Assembly: GCF_029232205.1 (NCBI RefSeq)
Contig: NZ_CP107255.1
Location: 600,001-632,000 of the forward strand
DNA: 32,000 nt
Direction of reading: 5' to 3'
Source: Candidatus Saccharimonadota bacterium
GTDB lineage: Archaea > Nanohalarchaeota > Nanosalinia > Nanosalinales > Nanosalinaceae
How positions within the stretch are numbered: position 1 is the first letter of the stretch; each line of letters opens with the position of its first letter. Below, piece after piece: positions 27,207 to 32,000 of the stretch. Both the position numbers and the translations under genes were made by a program. The notes under the pieces were generated by a model. The model was not told the DNA's origin, did not search any database, and worked only from the letters and a program-made list of their open reading frames with translations.

Positions 27207-27731
27207 CTATTCGAAGCTGACTTCGCTTCCGCCTGAGTCTGCTGTTGTTTCGAATCCTTGGAACAGTTTGAATAGGATTTGTACTGCGAGGAAGAATACT
27301 GCTGCGCCTCTTAGTGTGTCGGGTGTTACCCCCAGGTCTGTTTTGACGAATATTACTGTGATGTAGGCGAGTGTGTATACGATTCCGGAGGATGAGACGA
27401 TGAATGCGATTGTGTCGGGCCATTTGTGGTAGAAGTCCATGTAGCCGACTATTGCTCCGATTCCGATGAGCGAGTATGCGGCTTTTTCTTCTCCAGCTGA
27501 TAGGTTGGAGTTGATGAGTAGGTTGGCGCCTGTTGTGATCCAGATGATTGCGTTTCCTACTGCTGTGTTCCATCCGAGTTCTTCGTGTGTGAATCTTCCG
27601 AAGTAGAGTTCGATCACTATTCCGCCTATAATGATTGGCAGGAGTGTTGGCAGAAGTTCTGGCTGTCTGATAGGTGTGTAGATGAATGTTTCTAGAGCTA
27701 CCTGTAGTGATGTTCCTCCTGTTATTGCCAT
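27207..27731 (-). CDS. Polytopic membrane protein, function unknown
   Basis: 174 aa with about 5 hydrophobic helices. Its start is only 8 nt downstream of the ATPase gene stop, so it is likely co-transcribed. Confidence 0.6.
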   Translation of the reverse strand: MAITGGTSLQVALETFIYTPIRQPELLPTLLPIIIGGIVIELYFGRFTHEELGWNTAVGNAIIWITTGANLLINSNLSAGEEKAAYSLIGIGAIVGYMDFYHKWPDTIAFIVSSSGIVYTLAYITVIFVKTDLGVTPDTLRGAAVFFLAVQILFKLFQGFETTADSGGSEVSFE

Positions 27732-27739
27732 TTTGGTGA

Positions 27740-28987
27740 TCAGTCCTCGAATGCGTCTGGTGTTCCTCCTGCGTGCCAGGATTTTCTTGGTCTCATCTGT
27801 ACTGGGTAGACTCTTTCGGAGTTGTCGTCCAGTATTAGGCCTGTTCCGGCTCTGTCAGGTAGTGCATCGATGTAGTGTTTCAGGTCGTGGCGCATGTATG
27901 TCTGCATGATTTCGCCTAATGCATCGATGTCCTGTTTTGCTGTCAGTCTGTGTGATAGAAGTACATCGCACTGGGAAAGTGCGTTTGGGTGAAGTTTTGC
28001 TGGTTGCTGGGTTGCAAGCACAAGCGATACACCTGGCTCTCTACCGATCTTCACCCATCTCAGAAGTGTGTCAGTGGCCGGAGTCTTGCCTTTGTTCGGT
28101 ACAAACTCGTGGGCTTCGTCAATCATCATCCATACGATAGGCATTTCGTTGGAATCAAGGCCTTGCATTTCGTCGAGTTCTTCCATTCTTCTTGCGGCCA
28201 TTCTCTGTCTTAGTATTTTTTCTCCGAGCAGTCCTACGATGAGGCCTCTTACCAGTTCGTCGTACATTGATACATCGACTACCGACATTTCTCCTCTTGT
28301 CGTGAACTGATCGAGCGAGGATTCGTCTCCGAATACTCCCCATTCTTCTGCTGTCATGAACCTGTTTTCGAGGGCCTTGACTGTTGATTCGTTGAAATCG
28401 AATTTTTTGATTGCCTTATTTATGTCGTCAAGATCGTAGTTTCGGCCTAGTTTGTCCTGTAGTTTTGAGATTGCTCTTTCAAGTAGGATGCCCATTTCTG
28501 AGTTCATTTCGATGTCGAATGCCATAGCCCAGTCTTGGGCTGAGAGTTCTGCTGGGTCGATTGTGAATGTGTTGTCGTATGGCATGTCTTTTTTGTCGAA
28601 TTCGTCTCTTCTTCCTTCTGGAATGTATATTTTGGCGTCGAAGGCCTCTGGTTTGGTGTCCCATTCTTCTAGCATGCCTGCTGCTCTGTCGTTTGGTCTT
28701 TTCATTGACCAGTAGATTCCCATTGAGTCGATAACTATCGTAGAAAGGTTGTCTGATACGTCTGTTGTCTGTAGTTCTTCTGCAATGGTTCCCATGGAGT
28801 AGGATTTACCTGTTCCTCTTTTACCGAAGATTCCCATGACGTGGGGCTTTGCCAGATCGAAGTATATTGTATTGGCTTTGTGTGCTTCCTCGTTTTCCCC
28901 TACTAGGTGTTTACCGATAACTCCTGTTCCTTTGAGGCCGTGTTTCTCTCTGTCCTCCTCATTTCTTCCTACACTGATCTTCGGCAT
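27740..28987 (-). CDS. HerA/FtsK-superfamily (DUF87-type) P-loop ATPase lacking an N-terminal HAS-barrel
   Basis: Walker A GIFGKRGTGKSYSMG at about residue 55, Walker B VWMMIDEAHEF, and the downstream LATQQPAKLHPNALSQCDVLLSHRL segment typical of HerA-like ATPases. 415 aa. Confidence 0.85.
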   Translation of the reverse strand: MPKISVGRNEEDREKHGLKGTGVIGKHLVGENEEAHKANTIYFDLAKPHVMGIFGKRGTGKSYSMGTIAEELQTTDVSDNLSTIVIDSMGIYWSMKRPNDRAAGMLEEWDTKPEAFDAKIYIPEGRRDEFDKKDMPYDNTFTIDPAELSAQDWAMAFDIEMNSEMGILLERAISKLQDKLGRNYDLDDINKAIKKFDFNESTVKALENRFMTAEEWGVFGDESSLDQFTTRGEMSVVDVSMYDELVRGLIVGLLGEKILRQRMAARRMEELDEMQGLDSNEMPIVWMMIDEAHEFVPNKGKTPATDTLLRWVKIGREPGVSLVLATQQPAKLHPNALSQCDVLLSHRLTAKQDIDALGEIMQTYMRHDLKHYIDALPDRAGTGLILDDNSERVYPVQMRPRKSWHAGGTPDAFED

Positions 28988-29010
28988 ATCTGTCTTTACC
29001 GCAGGCTTGA

Positions 29011-29020
29011 ATATAAAATA
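29011..29020 (-). promoter_or_regulatory. TATA-box-like element for the HerA-like ATPase gene
   Basis: The minus strand reads TATTTTATAT, centred ~28 nt upstream of the ATG at 28987 and 4 nt after the upstream gene's stop. Confidence 0.4.
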
Positions 29021-29023
29021 TGG

Positions 29024-29632
29024 TTAGAATGTGAGGGCGTAGAGCACTAGGGTGAGGCCCATAAAGATCAGCCATGTGAATCCTGTCCACCGGAGTATAA
29101 ATGCTCCGTCAAGTTCTTCTCCTGGTAGGCCTTCGTAGTCGAACGGTAGTAGGAAGAAGAAGCTGGTTACTGCATACATTCTTGAGATTATGTTCCACCC
29201 AAGGCCTCCTGTGATTGCTGCCCCTATTATCAGTGAGAGTATTCCGCAGGAGTAGAGCCAGTATTTTCTTTTCATCCATGTTGAGTCTGTGGATTTACCC
29301 CATTGTTCGTATTTTTCGGATTCTGCTTCGTTCCATAGTGGGAAGAGCAGTATGATTGGCAGTTGTGTGATTACTGCGAGGAATGCCCCCATTATTGAAG
29401 TCATTGCTCCGCTGATAGAGATATTGTTGTCTACGTATGCGTCCATCCACTGTGCGCAGGTTCTGAATCCGAACTCTCTTGTTAGAAGTACTGCTATTGA
29501 GAGCCCTGTGTAGTATATAAGGCCTCGGGGTGTGAGTTCCTGGAAGAATGCTGCGAATGATGCTCCGAATACTATTGATGCTACCAGAAAATTCTTTACA
29601 TCTTCTTCGTCAGGAACGTAGCTTGAGGTCAT
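29024..29632 (-). CDS. Polytopic membrane protein, M50 (site-2 protease)-like with a degenerate metal site
   Basis: LLTREFGFRTCAQ aligns to the hhHExGHhh helix (HExxH replaced by REFGF). FLLPF...LDGAFILRW aligns to the NxxPxxxLDG motif. The protein contains no His at all. Family call is tentative. Confidence 0.55.
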   Translation of the reverse strand: MTSSYVPDEEDVKNFLVASIVFGASFAAFFQELTPRGLIYYTGLSIAVLLTREFGFRTCAQWMDAYVDNNISISGAMTSIMGAFLAVITQLPIILLFPLWNEAESEKYEQWGKSTDSTWMKRKYWLYSCGILSLIIGAAITGGLGWNIISRMYAVTSFFFLLPFDYEGLPGEELDGAFILRWTGFTWLIFMGLTLVLYALTF

Positions 29633-29656
29633 CTTTATCGAAAAATTTTGTGTTCG

Positions 29657-29667
29657 AAATTAAATAA
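29657..29667 (-). promoter_or_regulatory. TATA-box-like element for the M50-like membrane protein gene
   Basis: The minus strand reads TTATTTAATTT, centred ~30 nt upstream of the ATG at 29632. Confidence 0.35.
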
Positions 29668-29675
29668 GGCCGTTG

Positions 29676-30155
29676 TTAAATCTTCATTTCCATGCACATT
29701 TCCGCGACAGAATAGTTCTCCGAGTCACGAAGGATTTCCGGGTACTGCTGAATGTCATCGATATGAAGGCCTGTTTCCCCGTTTTCGTATGCTTCTCTGA
29801 CATCTTCCCATGGTACCATGTACGCTTTTCTGGCTCGGCCTCTACCTCTTTTGAGTTCGACTGCGAGAAATCCTGTTCTTCCAGATCTGTCCACGAAGTC
29901 GGATATTCTTTCTACCTGGTGGCCTCCGTTGCTCTGTGAGAAGTGCTGTGAGAAGTAAAGTTTGTTGGTTGAGGAGGTCTTCACCGATTTGTTTTCGATC
30001 GCCAGGTAAAACATGTCATGCTCTGAATCCACCAGTACATCACATAGCTGGCTGGAGAATCGGTGCTGTTTCTTTCGGTGAGCTATTCCATTTAGTTCTT
30101 CCTCATCGAAAAACTGGTTGAAAGAATTCACTAAGGCCCTTTCAAAGTCTGTCAT
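29676..30155 (-). CDS. PD-(D/E)xK nuclease-fold protein, Hjc-like Holliday junction resolvase candidate
   Basis: The order FERALV (Glu) ... CDVLVDS (Asp) ... YLAIENKS (E-x-K) matches the Hjc/restriction-endonuclease-like catalytic layout. 159 aa. Confidence 0.55.
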   Translation of the reverse strand: MTDFERALVNSFNQFFDEEELNGIAHRKKQHRFSSQLCDVLVDSEHDMFYLAIENKSVKTSSTNKLYFSQHFSQSNGGHQVERISDFVDRSGRTGFLAVELKRGRGRARKAYMVPWEDVREAYENGETGLHIDDIQQYPEILRDSENYSVAEMCMEMKI

Positions 30156-30220
30156 AAGGAAATATGGGGGATGGTTGAATAAAAATCATTCTCAATTTTG
30201 CTGAGATCTCCTTAAAACCC

Positions 30221-32000
30221 TTATTTGAATGCTAGAGCTTGAACTTCCTCTTTTGGAAGACTGCGATTATAGATCCTTAGCTCATCAGCTTTTCCTTCTA
30301 GATTTTCGCCCATAATTAATTTTCCAGAGGAATTAGAGTCCATTCCAACCTGCTTTGAGGATCTTTCTTGGCCTCCGATATACAGTTTTTGAGTTGAGCC
30401 ATTGAAGTTTAAAGATACGTGCCGCCATGAGGCCCCAATCTCTGCGGTTGTTATGCTTTTTCCAACAGAACCAACAACTACTTCGTCATCAATACCTAGA
30501 TAATAGTCTCCTTCATTTACAGAGGCAACAGTACCTACAGGATAGCGAACTAGAACAATACCAGAACCTCCGTCACCACCGAGGCCTCCACCATCACTTC
30601 CTCCGCCGCCACCTCCACCAGTGTTCGACATGCCGTCATATCCATTGTTATGCGTCTTGTCGCCTCCACCTTCACCACCGCCTCCTAATCCGCCTAGGCC
30701 TCCATAACCAGAACCATCTCCACCTGTATTTGCTCCTCCGCCACCTCCACCGGCGAAATATCCTTCGTCTCCGTATCTCATACCGAACTCTTCAGAGAAG
30801 TTTAGGCCTTTACCACCGTCTCCACCGTCGGTAGGATTAGTTATTACGATAGTCTCGCCCTGCTCTCCTGCTCCGCCTCCTCCAGCACCAAAGTCTCCGT
30901 TAGTGGTAGGTACGTCTCCACCATCGCTGCCTGAGCCTCTTGAAGTAATATCTTGCTGGGTTGAGTTTCCTCCTAAACCATTATCGTTGCCTGCTCCACC
31001 GCCAGATCCGCCGCTAAGACCATCTGAACCATCATCAGATCCTCTACCACCGCCTCCGCCTCCGATAGCTTTTACATCTTTAAAGCTCGAGTTTTCGCCG
31101 TTATTGCCGAAAGATGGCGTAGTTGTTCCTCCACTACCTCCATCTCCAACTTTAACGGTGTAGGCGCCTGAATTTAGACTATAATTATTCAGATATACGA
31201 GGCCTCCTGCTCCACCTCCTCCTGAGCCTCCATTATTATTTCCAGTATTTGAGGATCCTCCTCCGCCACCACCTGCAACTATAAGGGCGTCTACGTCTAA
31301 TTCTCCACCAGTGACATTTAGAGAAGATTCTCCTACGTTTGTAAATGCATGAACCTTGTAGAGAATTCCATTATCCTTGACATAATACTTATCTTCGCCT
31401 CCTATCACGTCAATGGAATCTTGATCAGATTTTACCCAGGAAGAAATAGTTACTTTACTATCAACGCTGGTAAGACCGAATTTCTTTATATTGCCGCTAT
31501 CTAAACCCACAGAATAGCTATCTAGAACTCCTCTTCTATTCATGTCTGAAGTATCATAAGCTGTTTTCCTATCACCTTCCTCAAATCTCCATCTGCCAAT
31601 TAGTCTATCATTAACCTGTTTGCCATTGTATAGAGCCCTAACTTCAGAAGTAGAAAGGGCCTTTGAGTATATTCTGGCGTCATCTATCTTACCGTTGAAA
31701 TAACCAGTTGTTCCTTCCTTATCAGCGCCTATTGTAACATCTGCATCAAAAGCTTCAAGGTTTCTATTTGTGGTTTCTGAACCTACTTGATCGCCGTTAA
31801 CATACAACTTCCTGGTTCCTGTCTTCTCTGAATATGTTAATGCGACGTGAACCCATTCATTATCTGGAATACTTGTTGCCGAGCCACAGTCATCCCCTCC
31901 ATCTCCAATGCACCCATATAATCCTCCAGATTTGGTAGCAATGAACCAGAAAAAGTTCCCTTCTCTCTTAGATATAATCTTATCATATGTTCCTGAGATA
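30221..32000 (-). CDS. LamG-domain surface protein with a nested glycine-rich domain (5' end lies beyond the right window edge)
   Basis: The track ORF starts at a TTG at 31807, but hand translation upstream (…NEWVHVALTYSEKTGTRKLYVNGDQ) stays open to 32000. LamG hallmarks ARIYSKALSTSEVRALY and LRIYNRSLPKEEVQAL are present. The Gly-rich core runs from YKVHAFTNVG…LIVAGGGGGG to …GSGIVLVRY. Confidence 0.85.
   Translation of the reverse strand, partial: ISGTYDKIISKREGNFFWFIATKSGGLYGCIGDGGDDCGSATSIPDNEWVHVALTYSEKTGTRKLYVNGDQVGSETTNRNLEAFDADVTIGADKEGTTGYFNGKIDDARIYSKALSTSEVRALYNGKQVNDRLIGRWRFEEGDRKTAYDTSDMNRRGVLDSYSVGLDSGNIKKFGLTSVDSKVTISSWVKSDQDSIDVIGGEDKYYVKDNGILYKVHAFTNVGESSLNVTGGELDVDALIVAGGGGGGSSNTGNNNGGSGGGGAGGLVYLNNYSLNSGAYTVKVGDGGSGGTTTPSFGNNGENSSFKDVKAIGGGGGGRGSDDGSDGLSGGSGGGAGNDNGLGGNSTQQDITSRGSGSDGGDVPTTNGDFGAGGGGAGEQGETIVITNPTDGGDGGKGLNFSEEFGMRYGDEGYFAGGGGGGANTGGDGSGYGGLGGLGGGGEGGGDKTHNNGYDGMSNTGGGGGGGSDGGGLGGDGGSGIVLVRYPVGTVASVNEGDYYLGIDDEVVVGSVGKSITTAEIGASWRHVSLNFNGSTQKLYIGGQERSSKQVGMDSNSSGKLIMGENLEGKADELRIYNRSLPKEEVQALAFK
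30560..31276 (-). repeat. Low-complexity glycine-codon tract, (GGN)n-rich on the coding strand and CCN-rich on the plus strand
   Basis: There are repeated runs such as ccgccgccacctccacc, ccgccacctccaccgg, ccaccgcctccgcctcc and cctcctccgccaccacctgc. They encode G5-G7 blocks spaced through about 240 codons. Confidence 0.8.

Noticed and set aside
30427-31163. Plus-strand ORFs 30427-30834 and 30903-31163 (Pro/Leu/His-rich)
   Set aside because: They are the antisense reading of the glycine-codon tract (GGN read as NCC gives Pro). They have no independent support.
1-32000. Very-short-patch (T:G mismatch) repair as the explanation for AGGCCT enrichment
   Set aside because: That model predicts depletion of the deamination product AGGTCT/AGACCT. 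I saw AGGTCT many times (for example near 3297, 6240, 6395, 7750, 13433, 15665 and 23947), so there is no obvious depletion. It is kept only as something to test quantitatively.
1-32000. CRISPR arrays, tRNA/rRNA genes, IS elements and integrases
   Set aside because: No spacer exceeds about 112 nt. I saw no regularly spaced direct repeats, no tRNA-like T-arm or anticodon structures in the spacers, and no transposase or integrase motifs in any ORF.

Overview
This is a compact archaeal chromosome segment, about 96% coding. I call 35 protein genes, most on the minus strand. I saw no rRNA, tRNA, CRISPR array, transposase or integrase. Three things suggest a reduced-genome halophilic archaeon such as a Nanohaloarchaeota/DPANN-like lineage (inference only, no search possible): archaeal marker genes, strongly acidic (Asp/Glu-rich) proteins, and very short spacers.

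Recognisable housekeeping genes: pyrG, rsmA/ksgA, the conserved L21e-RpoF-DUF655-KsgA cluster, pus10, srp54, ftsY, pfdA, hef, a SPOUT methyltransferase, an Mtq2/HemK-like methyltransferase and an MJ0936-type phosphodiesterase. A 59-codon rplX falls below the ORF-track cutoff and was found by hand.

Accessory and surface content:
- Two genes run off the window edges and are absent from, or truncated in, the ORF track: a Cys-rich secreted protein (1-2321) and a LamG protein (30221-32000).
- There is a 930-aa sequon-rich surface protein.
- Two paralogous double-LamG proteins sit in inverted orientation. One carries a ~285-aa glycine-rich domain nested inside its second LamG domain.
- A prepilin-type (A24) peptidase lies next to an archaeosortase-like protein.
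- A DNA-transaction cluster (DUF460, Hef, Hjc-like nuclease) includes a HerA/FtsK-class ATPase wedged between polytopic membrane proteins.

The most striking sequence-level signal is roughly 10-fold over-representation of the palindrome AGGCCT. I hand-counted about 83 copies, in all codon phases and in spacers, often exactly at gene boundaries.

All family assignments rest on motifs I recognise by eye. No database search was run.
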